A DNA stretch of 64,000 nt. Source: Callorhinchus milii. Taxonomy: Eukaryota. The translations under genes and the position numbers were made by a program. The stretch lies in contig NW_024704748.1 in assembly GCF_018977255.1 (NCBI RefSeq), positions 26,660,001-26,724,000 on the forward strand, written 5' to 3'. Every line of letters begins with the position of its first letter. Positions within the stretch are counted from its first letter, which is position 1. A model generated the notes under the pieces. It was not told where the DNA came from, ran no database searches, and saw nothing but the letters and a program-made list of their open reading frames with translations. Of this stretch, positions 13,225 through 25,276 are shown piece after piece.

Positions 13225-16200
13225 ATGGCTTGGAAAGTGCTCTATTTTGCAAGCCTCGGAATTTTCCTGCAGATGGGTAAGTTTTGTGTGTGTATTTAAA
13301 GCAAACAAGTGTGTAAATGTGTAAATGTGCAATGATGATTCAGTTAAAGTGTGGCTTTGCTCCAGTCTGTTACTTGGGGGTTAGTTCTGGCTGTGAGAGA
13401 GGTGGAGCAGGTGCCTCCAGGGGAGTGCTTGAACAGGTAGAAAACCATCCAAAGTGACTGTGTAGACAGTGGCAATCACTCTGTAAAGCCCAGTTAGCCT
13501 CACAATGGTGATGAGGAAGTCTCTTTTCACTTGAGATCGACTGGTTTGCTGCTGAAGTCTATTTCTTTTTTTAGGATTTAAAAGCAAATAATATCCTATA
13601 AACCAACCCAACCCATTCCTAATTGGGAGGATGAACACTCTCAGTGTGTGGGGCTGGTGAGGGTGCCATGAGCTACAGGGTTTGAGCAGGTTTGAGTTGT
13701 GCTAAGTTAACTTTGGGCAAACATGTGTTAAATTGGTTTCGTTATTGAAGGGAACTACACGTTGAGACTCAGTTTCGTTTATCAGCTTAGTTCCTGTTTG
13801 AATTATTATTATTATATGCATGTATTATGGTTTTTTTTAAAAAAAGAATATTTTCTGGGGAGAACAGGGAGGGAGGGGTGAGGGAAATGTCCTTTTTTCA
13901 CTCTTTTGTGGAACTTACAGCTGATCTGATCCAAACTTTATCCCTATCGTTTATTTTGCTGTGCAAAATCTACAGACAGTTTACAGTGGACCCTGTGAAG
14001 TGCTTTGAGACATCTCAATGACACGATAAGATGCTATATCATACGCAAGGATTATTATTATATTATGTTATCATCCGGTAGGTCAACTCTTTATTGGAAT
14101 TTTGCAAAACCTTCCGTGAAGATGATCCCCTTTCATTTTTGTGACTTAAGTTCGGAATTGTTGAGTTTGAGTTTTACTATTTATTCTTCAGTTCTTTGCG
14201 GGGGGGTCAAAATGGAGGGAGATATTAAATGGACTGCCTCAGAGGTCTGCACTAAGATGTCTACTTAGTAGGAGTCCTGTGGCTCAGTGGTTAGAGCACT
14301 CACCTCACAAGCGAGAGACCTGGGTTCGATTCCCTGCCGGGTGAAACCTTGAGCAAGTTTACTTACTCCACACACACACACCTAATAATAATCCCTCAAG
14401 AAAAAAATAATAATTTGGTCACTCACTTCAATCCACGACTGTTTGTGGGACGCTGCTGTGCGCAATTGGCTGCTGCATTTCGCCCACAGAATACACAGTC
14501 AATTCACTTCACAGTATATTCTGTGCTTTGAGACGTCCTGAAGACGTGATCAAATGCAAGGATTATTATTATTACTGCTCTGTTCGTGCATTGACATTAA
14601 TGACCTAGATTTTCAAACTTAGTGCAAAGTACTTAAACTTGCAGAATGCCCCACATTTGGGGGAAACTGGGATCGAATAACAATAATAATCCTTGCATTT
14701 GATACAGCGCCTTATCACGCGTTCGAGACGTTTCAAAGCGCTTCACAGGATATAATGTGAAGTGAATTCGACTATTTTGTGGGCGAAATGTGGCAGCCAA
14801 TTGTGCACAGCAGCGTCCCACAAACAGCCGTGGGAGAATGAGTGACCATATCATTATTTATTATTTTTATTCTTTTTTTGAAGAGATTATTCGGAAGAGG
14901 TATCAGAGGGTTACACAGAGAGAGCTTGACGGGTTCTGCGCGTGGGCTGATGGCTAGCAAATGCATAGAGAGGAAGTAAAGATAGGAGTAATGCAATACA
15001 GTTTAACTTTTTTTTTGCTAGGCATGTGTATTCCGTGGGTGGGGATAGAACTTGCAAAGGGAAGTTTAACGGTGGCTGGATATTGTTTGTCAAGTTGCTA
15101 AAACTGTGTGAGATAGCCCAGCATCGTGTTCGCTTGGTTTATGGCCATGTTACTAAGCCAATTAAGTCCAGAATCCCAATTCACCTGGGACTACACCTGG
15201 CTACACCTGGCTTACACTCCTTGCCTTAACATAAAAGGGCTTCAAAGCAATGCAGAGGAAAGCAATTAGGATAATCCTCCCCCCCCACCCCCACCACGTT
15301 AGTAAAATTTTAAATGGAATTGAGAAAGTAAACAGAACAATATTTTTCAGATATTCTGTGTCACGGAATCAGGATAACAACGGGCAATTTGAAGGACAGG
15401 AAGCATTTCTCTACCAGTGGGTAATTAACTGGAACAGGTTACCAAGAAGAGTTGAAGCCTCTTCGCTAGATTCATTCAGTAAACTATGTGATGATGCTGT
15501 GATGGGAGGACAGTAAGGTCGATATTCTGGAAGGATGAGATCAAAATGGCTGAAGGGCCTTCTCCATCTGACTCGATCTTGTCGATGGTACGTCTCAGGT
15601 GGTATGGCCACTGCTTCAAGTTCCCACCATCACCCGGGCAGGTGGTCACCAGTGTATGACTCTGTGCAAAGCTCAAAACTCTCGGGGTAAACATTTAGCT
15701 TTGAAGGATCGGATCGATTGTTTCATTTCCAGAGTGTTTGCCTTCCTTCGCTGAAAATAGATCGCGTGAAAAATTGTGGTCGCAGTTCAGATGTCAATTC
15801 ACCTTTTAGTAAAACCCCCCCCCACACCCCACCCACCACCACCACCACCACCCATCCCCCAACTTTTCTTTTGTATCAACGTGCATCACGTGCCCCAAGT
15901 GGGCATTTCCTCCACAGTCAAACCGACTTGTGTCCGAATCGCAAAACAAACCGCTTCTCCCAGTGCAGTCGGGCCAAAGCCTTGCATCACAGTGAGATGT
16001 GTTGCTTCCTGTCTGTCGACAGGATGGCGGACGTTTGTACTGAAACAAACCACCAGATAATTGTAGGGTCTGAGTCACAAGACCGTTTCAGAAGCCAGTT
16101 GAACCTAAAACCTTTAGAGGAAGCACAGCGAGCCCAATAGGTCACGATTTAACGCCAATTCTTGTTACGGCTTTAGCGGCTGATCGTTCCCAGTGTTATT

Positions 16201-18535
16201 CTGGATATCCTAATACAGTTTCTGAAACCGTGAGCTCCGTTTGATTGGAGCTAACGTTGTTGAACATAGAAATTTCAGCCCATCATTTAGGATTTCTTTG
16301 CTCTTTTGACCAATAATGGGGGTTTTTATTGGCTGCCGGGTTTTGCCCACAATCTACACAGTCAATCCACCCGACAGCGTGTTCTGTGAAGGGCTTTGAG
16401 ACGTCTCGACGAGGCGATGAATGCAAGGATTATTGTTATAGTTCTCGGTAAATCTCTTTGGTATTTGTATGATTTAAGTCTCTCTCTAGTTTCACAGGGA
16501 AATATAGCCAAAGCGACCAACTCCGACTCTGGGCTCGTGAACGCCCCCAACCCCGCCCCCACCCAGCACCCCGCCCCCGCCCAGGACCCCGCCCCCACCC
16601 AGCACCCGGCCCCCGCCCAGGACCCCGCCCCCGCCCAGGACCCCGCCCCCGCCCAGGACCCTGCCCCCGCCCAGGACCCTGCCCCCCCAGGACCCTGCCC
16701 CCGCCCAGGACGCTGCCCCCGCCCAGGACCCCGCCCCCGCCCAGGACCCTGCCCCCGCCCAGCACACCGCCCCCGCCCAGCACACCGCCTCCGCCCAGCA
16801 CCCCGCCTCCGCCCAGCACACCGCCTCTGCCCAGCACCCCCCCACCGCCACGCAGGACCCCACCCTGAACCCCGCCCCCGTGCAGGACCCCGCCCCTGTC
16901 CAGGACACCGCCAAGCACCCCGCCCAGCACACTGCCCCCGCCCAGCACCCCGCCCCTGCCCAGGACACCGCCAAGCAACCCGCCCAGCACCCGGCCCCCG
17001 CCCAGCACCCCACCGACACGCAAGATCCCACCCAGAACCCCGCCCCCGCGCAGGACCCCGCCCCAGCGCAGGACCCCGCCCCAGCGCAGGACCCCGCCCC
17101 GCGCAGGACCCGCCCCCGCGCAGGACCCCGCCCCCGCGCAGGACCCCGCCCCCGCGCAGGACCCCGCCCCCGCGCAGGACCCCGCCCCCGCGCAGGACCC
17201 CGCCCCCGCGCAGGAGCCCGCCCCCGCCCAGCACGCCCCGCCCAGCACCCCGCCCAGCACCCCGCCCCCGCGCAGCACCCCGCCCCCGCGCAGCACCCCG
17301 CCCCCGCGCAGGACCCCGCCCCCGCCCAGGACCCCGCCCCCGCCCAGGACCCCGCCCCCGCCCAGGACCCCGCCCCCGCGCAGGACCCCGCCCCCGCGCA
17401 GGACCCCAACCCTGGGCCCCCGAGCGGCCCCACCTCTCGCCCCAGTCTCGCACCCGCCAAGCCTGAAGTTCTCCCAGACTCTGCCCGTGAGGAAGAGGAT
17501 TTGCCGGTGGAGACCCATGAAACCAGCCACTTCTTGACCTATCTCGTGGCCGGCTCGCTGATCCTGGCCGCTCTGTACATTGTGTATCACAGCAAACACA
17601 GGGTAAGCTTACCAACCGCACCTCGCCCCGTCCTCCCAGCATGAAAGGCACTATACACATGTAATCTTTTTCATTCTATTTATATAACGCCTTTCGGGTG
17701 CCTCAGGTCTCAGAGAGCTTTAACGGGAAATAGTTGGATGTCGAACAGGTGGATTTGGGGTGGGGGTATAAGATAAGATTCGAGGCAGGACTTAAGCAGG
17801 GAGGGAGGGTATCGCAAAGGTTAGGGACATAGGAACCTGAGGGCCTGGGGGAGTGCAGCAAGTCTGAGATAATTGAGTGGAGGAGTTGTGTCCAAGGTAA
17901 GGAGGTGCCAGGGATGGATGGATTTGGAGGGAACAGTGAGCAGCTTGAAATCAATCTGCTGGGAACCAACAGAAACTGGTGCGGACTTAAGTGGTGTGGG
18001 TGTACAAAGGAATCTTGTGGTGTGGGTGGGGGTGGGGATACTACTTAAAGCTTATTTATGTCTCACATGGAGTTATACTTGCTCTATACTTATTATTATT
18101 TCACCCACAAAAAAATTTACTCAATTCACTTTACAACAAATTCTGTGGAGCACTTTGAGACGTCTCGAAGACGTGATAAGGCTCTGTATCAAATGCAAAG
18201 ATTATTATTATGATTCACAGACAATTGATGGAGATTATTGATTTGTATATTGCAAATCAATATCAACTGTCATCAGTCATCAATTTCAACTGAGCAATAA
18301 TGCTAAACTCGTAGCTTTTAGCATCAATTACTATAGGATGGAATGAATTTTGAGAGCAATGTACTCATTGACCTGATTTTTTTTCTTCCAGATCATTGCC
18401 TTATGTCACAAGCGCGGACCCAAACAATGTGAGCGCCCAAATAAATCCGACTATATGAAGCTCGATCAGAATTTAAGTGAAGTTATCACCAGCTTGAAAA
18501 AGAAAGTTCGCCATTCCGACCACAAGTTAAAATGA
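13225..18535 (+). CDS. TGOLN2 (TGN38/46) / KCT2 (C5orf15)-family type I transmembrane protein, ~435 aa, apparent frameshifts within its VNTR
   Basis: Exon 1 13225-13276 (AAGATGG start; [18 protein letters not shown]|GTAAGT) joins in phase 1 to exon 2 16490-17602 (VSQG-NIAK… completes a signal peptide; AQDPAP repeats; [40 protein letters not shown] segment). Exon 3 18392-18535 encodes [38 protein letters not shown]…*. SHF..YL-TM-YH.K.R.IIA…SDYxxLDQ is the family signature. Exon 2 length is 1 nt out of frame in this assembly. Confidence 0.85.
14271..14574 (+). mobile_element. tRNA-head SINE (dominant family, short form)
   Basis: GGAGTCCTGTGGCTCAGTGGTTAGAGCA…GGTTCGATTCC; core CTGTTTGTGGGACGCTGCTGTGCGCAATTGGCTGC; tail CAAATGCAAGGATTATT. 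Confidence 0.85.
16552..17408 (+). repeat. Coding minisatellite, 18-bp unit GCCCAGGACCCCGCCCCC ([12 protein letters not shown])
   Basis: Dozens of tandem, slightly variant units; long stop-free ORFs on both strands in the ORF track; the minus strand is a series of G-runs (G-quadruplex prone). Confidence 0.95.
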
Positions 18536-19664
18536 CACGTATTCAAGAATGAAGCTGTTTTTCGTTTCACTAAGTACTTTATTTTATCTGGTCAACACGT
18601 GTTTGGACTCTGCTTTATCATCATAAACTTTTTGTTGGTCAACCGATGTATTTAATTGAGGTTTGAGACGATTTAATGGATTGAGTATTGGGGGGGTGGG
18701 AGGAGCGGTTGGCAAAACTGAACTGAACAAAATTCATGTTTGGGTGCTGATATGCCGAAAATCTTTGCAGTCAAAAATAATTAAGAAGCCAAAGAGACTT
18801 ATCTGATAGAGATGAAGCTGTGAAACAAAGTGGGTGTTTGGAGAACCAGTACAAGAAGGGAAACAGAATGAGTTTGTCCCTTTGCCCGAGTGCGCAAACA
18901 GCCTTTACCGCATCTGCAAATCAGGTGGGGACTTGAAACTCTCCAAAGGCGATAGTTCCAATCGCGGATTAACCTGGTTACCCCCGACCACACTCCGGGG
19001 GTCCCCAAACATTAGCTCTTGCTAACCTGCGCCTAATACTTCCCGGAATTAGGTAAGCAGGATCGGGTCCCATCGGGGGTAGAGAGAGAGAGAGAGAGAG
19101 CGCATTCCATTCCGACAACCTATCTCTGGGATCTATCCCACGTGTAGGTGGGATGCGTGGAAATCTTGATTTATTTTTTTTGCAGGTATTGTTGATGCTT
19201 TCATTCCACTGTGTTTCTGACATTGTTTGGCAACCAGTCTGCTAGTATTGCAATGAATTGTTTGCCTCTTGTATTGAATTTTTTTTTTATTAAGATCCGT
19301 TTTCAATATCCGAGATGTGGTTCCAGGTTTTTGTCGAACTTTCTTTTTTTACCAGTAGGCATTTAGCAATTCTGTTCATCCTGTCGAGACTGCAGAATTT
19401 TGGGGGAAGAATTTCATGCAAAACTGGCTTATTGAATGTTAAATGCACTGAATTGTAAACCGAAACCGACGCAGGTGATGGCCATGTTTATACAAATTGT
19501 AAACGTTGCTTAAATCTGTTTTTAGTGGAGGTTTTTTGCATAAATTGTCACTTTTGAGCTTGAGGTAAATTTTTATTGACTGGAAATTTCAATGCCAAAT
19601 ACTGCAATACTCAACGAAAAATTTGAGTTTTTTAAAAAAAAGATTGTGTTCTGCAAAATGCATC

Positions 19665-19670
19665 AATAAA
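19665..19670 (+). terminator. Probable polyadenylation signal of the TGOLN2/KCT2-like gene
   Basis: AATAAA at the end of a ~1.1 kb AT-rich 3'UTR-like tract, followed by T/GT-rich sequence. Confidence 0.5.
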
Positions 19671-19829
19671 TGACTTTGATTTGTTAAACTGCCTTCAGTT
19701 TCTTGAAACGCTATCTCCTTGATGAAGCATCGTATCTGAGGTTAGTAATTCCATCTCATTGTCAGAGAATTTTTAAGGTTGTGCAGAATTTTGATCTGAC
19801 ACCAGGTTTCTAAACAACACCAGCTGTGG

Positions 19830-20480
19830 GGTCGGGATCACGGAGCGCAGGAGGGAGATCGAATGCACGGTCGAAGAGGAGGGTCCTGAGTTGGGTCTTG
19901 AAGGAGGCGAGGGAGGGGGTGAGGTGGATGGACTGTGCAAAGGAGTTCCAGAGGGTGGGGGCAAAGTGGCTGAAGGCCCGCCCGCCCGCGAATGGTGGGG
20001 CGAGCGAGGCAGGGGACGTGAAACAAGCCGGAGCCTGCTGAGCAGAGGGAGCGAACAGGATGGTAGGGGGTTAGGAGCTCACAGGAGGGGGAGCGAGGCC
20101 ATGGAGGGCTTTGAAGGTGAGGACCAGGATCTTGAACTGTATCCTCTGTGTGATGGGAAGTCAGTGGAGTCGGGTGAGGATGGGGGTGATAGGGTCACGG
20201 AGCCCGGTGCGGGAGAGGACACGGGCTGCAGAGTTCTGGATGACCTGCAGTGTGGAGGGAAGCGTTGGGGAGGCCGACAAGCAGTGAGTTTGCATAGTTG
20301 AGCCTCGATGTAATGAAGGCGTGTATGAGGGTTTCGGGGGCCTGCGGTGTGGGACAGTGGCGGAGCCGGGCGATGTTGCGGAGGTGGGGGAAAGCAGAGC
20401 GGGTCATGGCGCAGATGTGGGGTAGAAAGGATAGTTGAAGGCCAAACAAGACTCCAAGGTTCCGGAGACCTAACACACTA
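19830..20480 (-). mobile_element. L2-clade LINE, truncated ORF2 C-terminal fragment
   Basis: RNLGVLF…LSFLPHI…LRNIARLR…ETLIHAFITSRLNYANSLLVGLP is the typical post-RT region of L2 ORF2; frameshifted downstream. Confidence 0.88.
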
Positions 20481-22029
20481 AAACTGAATTTAAGAATTTG
20501 TGTTAGCTTGGTGCTGTATCAAATGCAAGGATTATTATTATTATATTAAGGGAGTTTTTCTCCCATATAAAATTGGCCTTTCACTCCACGGCTGGTTGTG
20601 GGAACTTGCTATTTCCTGTGAAACGCTTGAGACGAACTAGATTGCGAAATTTTCTTCACGTAATAATATAATAATAATAATCCTTGCATTTGATATAGCG
20701 CTTTTCACGTCGGAAGGACGTCCCAAAGCGCTTCACAGAACACACTGTAAAGTGAATTGACTGTATATTTGTGGGCGAACGCGGCAGCCAATTGCGCACA
20801 GCAATGTCCCACAAACAGTCGTGATTAAATTATTATTATTTTTGAGGTGTGTGGAGTAAGGAAACTTGTGAATTGTGTCTGAGTCCTCTCACTTGTGGCT
20901 CAGTTGTAGCACTCTCATGTCTGAGTCAGAAGGTTGCAGGTTCAAGCCCCAGATCAGGACTTTGAACTCACAATCTCGGCTGCCACTCCAGTGTTGGGGG
21001 GACATTGCATTGTCATTTGAATGAAACATTAAAGAGAGGTGTTGTCTACCTGTTCAAGTGGAAATTAAAGATAATAATAATAATAATCCTTGCATTTGAT
21101 ATGGCGCTTTTCACGTCACTTTGCAAGTGAGAGACCTGAGGTCAATTCCAGGCAGAGGGCGAAACCTCGGGCAAGTTTCCTTACTCCACACAGAGCCTAA
21201 TAATAATCCCTCCAAAACCAAAAACAATAATAAATTGGTCATTTTCAATCCACGACTGTTTGTGGGACATTGCTGTGCGCAATTGGCTGCCGCGTTCGCC
21301 CACAAATTTACAGTCAATTCACTTTACAGTGTGTTCTGTGAAGCGCTTTGGGACGTCCTCCCGACGTGAAAAGCGCTATATCAAATGCAAGGATTATTAT
21401 TATTATTAAGTGCACTTGGTTTGATCAGGACGGAAAGGCAGGAATCCATTCACAATGTCCTCCCCCCCCCCCCCCCCCCACATCCCTTCCCACCCCAACA
21501 ACAGTCAGGCAGTGATTGCATGTGAAATCAAGTCTCTGATGGGACGCAAAGCTTTGCAATTTACAGAAGATTTTCATTTTCATCTGTGCGTGTTGTGGTA
21601 TTAAAAAAAACACACACGTTTCCACGTTGACCTTCCGAGGCCGAAAGTGCCGCAGACGAGAGTGCAACTGCAGATATCGCGGGAAAAGATTTACTGCGGC
21701 TTGAAAAACATAGCAGGAATTTATCACAAAATCCCCCAAATCCCTAATCGGTTTTGAAACCTGTCCTGAATTGTGCTGAAATGTGTCTTCTCTGGAGAGG
21801 GGAGGGAGGAAGCTGTGGGTGGGTGGGGTGGGGCGGGGGGGTGAAAGCTCTTATGCACGCAATTTAATTTGCATTTGTATGTAATTCTGGGGGTGACTCC
21901 AGGTCGGGTCTGAAACACAGTACTCTGCCCAGCGCCTCGGGACGGACGTCCTCCCGACGTGAAATTTAATTTAATTTAATTTAATTTAAGTGTCATTTTG
22001 TTGTCTGCTGTACTCCTTCAAAAAAAAAA

Positions 22030-22577
22030 GATGATAATAATAATAATGCGGTCGCTCAATCCACGGCTGCCTGTGGGTGGGACGCTGCCGCGCGCAAACC
22101 GGCCGCCGCGTTTCGCCCGCGGGCGCGCAGTCGATTCGCTTCACGCCGTATCCTGTAGGAACGGCTCTCGAAGCCCCGACAGCGCAAGGATGACTTCTCG
22201 AATTGCCGGGAGGAGGGGAGAGGAAAGCTGTGTGTGCGCGCGGGCGGTGTGGGGGTTAAATAAAGATCTCCCGCGCCCTGTTCTGTGTACGGAAGCCTCT
22301 CCCCAGAGTTTCCTTGAAGTCGTGGCCAACCTTTTTACCGCGGAGCGAGGCAGAGGGAGGAGGAGGAACTGCAATTAATTGGACGTTTCTTTTTTCTTTG
22401 TAGCATTCAACTTCCTCCTGGTTTCCTCCTCCCATCGTTTCCCACCCCGCACCCCCCCACCAAAGTGGACTGCGGTCGGTTTCACTCGGAGCTACAGAGT
22501 TGCTTCCTTACCCTCTGAAGTTTCCTGGTGTGTTTGTAGCAACAACTTGAACCGTCTCCAGATCAACTCCTCAGAAG
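22030..22577 (+). promoter_or_regulatory. CpG-island promoter / probable non-coding first exon of CASP7
   Basis: Locally high CpG density, TATA-like TTAAATAAA at ~22256, possible donor AG|GTACAC at 22577, ~2.7 kb upstream of the first coding exon; IRF-like GGTTTCACT at ~22478. Confidence 0.5.
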
Positions 22578-22711
22578 GTACACTGTTAACATCGCAACAC
22601 TTTAACCCCGGGAAGCGGAATGATAATAATAATAATAATAATAATATAATAATAATATAATGCCCGCTGAGCTTTGGTGCTGGGAAACTTTTCAGCCTTC
22701 AGAGCTTTGCA

Positions 22712-23206
22712 NNNNNNNNNNNNNNNNNNNNNNNNNNNNNNNNNNNNNNNNNNNNNNNNNNNNNNNNNNNNNNNNNNNNNNNNNNNNNNNNNNNNNNNNN
22801 NNNNNNNNNNNNNNNNNNNNNNNNNNNNNNNNNNNNNNNNNNNNNNNNNNNNNNNNNNNNNNNNNNNNNNNNNNNNNNNNNNNNNNNNNNNNNNNNNNNN
22901 NNNNNNNNNNNNNNNNNNNNNNNNNNNNNNNNNNNNNNNNNNNNNNNNNNNNNNNNNNNNNNNNNNNNNNNNNNNNNNNNNNNNNNNNNNNNNNNNNNNN
23001 NNNNNNNNNNNNNNNNNNNCTCTCTGTGTCTGTGTCTCNNNNNNNNNNNNNNNNNNNNNNNNNNNNNNNNNNNNNNNNNNNNNNNNNNNNNNNNNNNNNN
23101 NNNNNNNNNNNNNNNNNNNNNNNNNNNNNNNNNNNNNNNNNNNNNNNNNNNNNNNNNNNNNNNNNNNNNNNNNNNNNNNNNNNNNNNNNNNNNNNNNNNN
23201 NNNNNN
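22712..23206. other. Assembly gaps (N runs) in the CASP7 5' region
   Basis: Two N runs separated by 19 nt of CT/GT simple repeat. Confidence 0.99.
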
Positions 23207-23639
23207 TTGCATCAGAAGGGGAGGGGAGAAATGAGAACAACCCCTTTGCTCTCTGGTTCTGTGGCCATTTCAAGTCTCAGTTTGAAAGTAAACCTTTATC
23301 CTTATTACACAGACACTGAAATAAATCCCGGAAACGACTAAATTAGATGTTAACCGGTAACGTTGCAGCGGTGACGGTTTCCCTGTTGCAAACACAGTGT
23401 CTGGTGGATGAGGCTGCCCTGACCTGCATGTGTGTGTGTTTTTTATTCAACGCAGTAGATAATTCCCGGCGGAAACTTCAGCCGTTCTCAAATGGCATCC
23501 CTCAAACTGTTGATTGCGACAGATTCCTCCCACTTTATTCTTAACCCTTCGTCGCAAGGCTGCAACCTGCCATTTCGAGCCCACTTTAAATCTCGCGGGT
23601 CAGAAGCCCCGAGTCGAGGCTCTGAACTCCAGGTTCCTG

Positions 23640-24120
23640 GCTTTTACCTCTCCGACCTACTATCCCCTTATCTACCCGCCCGTACCCTCCGTCCCTCCGG
23701 CTCCGGTCTGCTCCACATCCCCCGCCCCAACCGCCCGACCATCGGTGGCCTTCAGCCTCTCAGCCCCGAGGCTCTGGAACTCCATCCCCAGTGCCTTCGC
23801 CTTCGCTTCCTCCCTTTCCTCCTTCAAGGCCGGTCTCAAGACCTTTCTCTTTGACCGTCAGCCTTCAGCTCCGCTCTCGACTCTCTACCCCCTCCTCGCT
23901 CCCTCCCTTCCCTCCCCTCACCCTGACCATTCCCCCCTCCTCGCTCCTTCCCTTCCCTCCCCTCACCGTGACCATCTCCCCCCTCCTCGCTTCCTCCCTT
24001 CCCTCCCCTCACCCTGACCATTTCCCCCAATGCTCTGGTCCTGACCCAACTGTACAGCGCCTCGGGACGTCCTCCCGACGTGAAAGGCGCTCTATAAATG
24101 GAATCTTGTTGTTGTTGTTT
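23640..24120 (+). mobile_element. L2 LINE 3' end with three internal ~46-bp tandem units
   Basis: YLSDLLSPYLPARTLRPSGSGLL…AFSLSAPRLWNS…SFKAGLKTFLF; pyrimidine-rich 3'UTR; GACGTCCTCCCGACGTG stem-loop; (TTG)n tail. Confidence 0.85.
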
Positions 24121-25276
24121 TCTAACAAAATAATAATAATAATAATCCTTGCATTTGATGGATCGCTTGATCGTGTTGCTGAGGCGTGTGCGCGCGTGTG
24201 TGTGTGCGCGTGTGTGTGTGTGTCTTTCTGTGTGGGTGGTGTAAAGGAAACTTGCCCAACTAAGGTTCATCCCAGCCGGGAATCGAACCCGGGTCCTCTC
24301 GCTTGCGAGGCGAGTGCCCTAACCCACTAGGCTACTGGACTCCACGTTGCCATTGTGGGATCCATTCCCAGAAAGGTCTGACCCAGAGCTGGGAGACTAT
24401 GTGTATTATAGCAATCCTGGCACCGACAACCCCCCCACCCCCACCCCCACACACCCCTTCGCCTACCAGTTTGTGTAAGAACCGTCTACTCCTCCTACTC
24501 ACTGCTTTCTGTCATTCAGCCAATTCTCTTATCAGAGAGGTTGCCTTTGAAGCCCATGGCTTTTATCTTGGTGACTGTATAGCACTAAATCAAAAGGCTT
24601 TTCAAAGTCCTTACCGAGAAGGTAAGACTTTGTGTATTCAACCGTATCTAGTGATTCTAATCAGATGGGACTAAACGTACACCTGTACATATTGTTGCAT
24701 CTGTGTCTCTGTGTCAAATAGCCTAAATCTGTCTGCGTGTGTGTGCAAATGTGTTGAATGGCCTCCTCATGGATACATACATCACCTGCTGATCGATATA
24801 GGTTGAACTGACCTTGATAGTAGTAAACTCCGGGTAAATTTCATCCTCGTTGCCCAACTAATGGCCCTTGGTCTAGAATCAGAGAAAATGTACAGTGAAG
24901 AAGGAGGCCATTTGGCTCAATGTGTCTCCACTGGCTCTGAGCAACCATCACCACGGAACTGACCTGATCTTTCACCTTGTGTCTGTCCCACCGACAGTCA
25001 TGGATTGAGAGACCAAATTAGTATTTTTATTATTTCGAAGGGATGGTTACCCCCGGGAAAGCGATCCGCCGATCGACTAACAACCGGGTTCCTATTTACT
25101 GCTAGGTCAATAGAGATGTTCGTGTGGCGTAAGGAAACTTACCCAATGTTTTGCCCTGCCCGGGAATCGAAACCAGGACCTCTCGCTTGCAAGGCGAGTG
25201 CTCTAACTGCTGAGCTACAGAAGGGAAGACTCACTTACCTCCTCTTTCTCTTCCCTCCCCTGAAGGTTTTGAAGAG

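Noticed and set aside
16024-16140. ATGGCGGAC (MADV…) resembling the mammalian CASP7 start
   Set aside because: Lies in intron 1 of the TGOLN2-like gene, has no suitable donor and no DxVD motif; the real first coding exon is at 25277.
16552-17408. CRISPR-like array
   Set aside because: Tandem units without unique spacers, in a eukaryotic coding exon.
16362-17660. Long Gly/Arg/Ala-rich ORFs on the minus strand and the Pro/Arg-rich plus-strand frame
   Set aside because: Shadow frames of the stop-free 18-bp VNTR; the spliced plus-strand gene explains the region.
22586-23319. Long ORFs filled with X
   Set aside because: Artefacts of N gaps.
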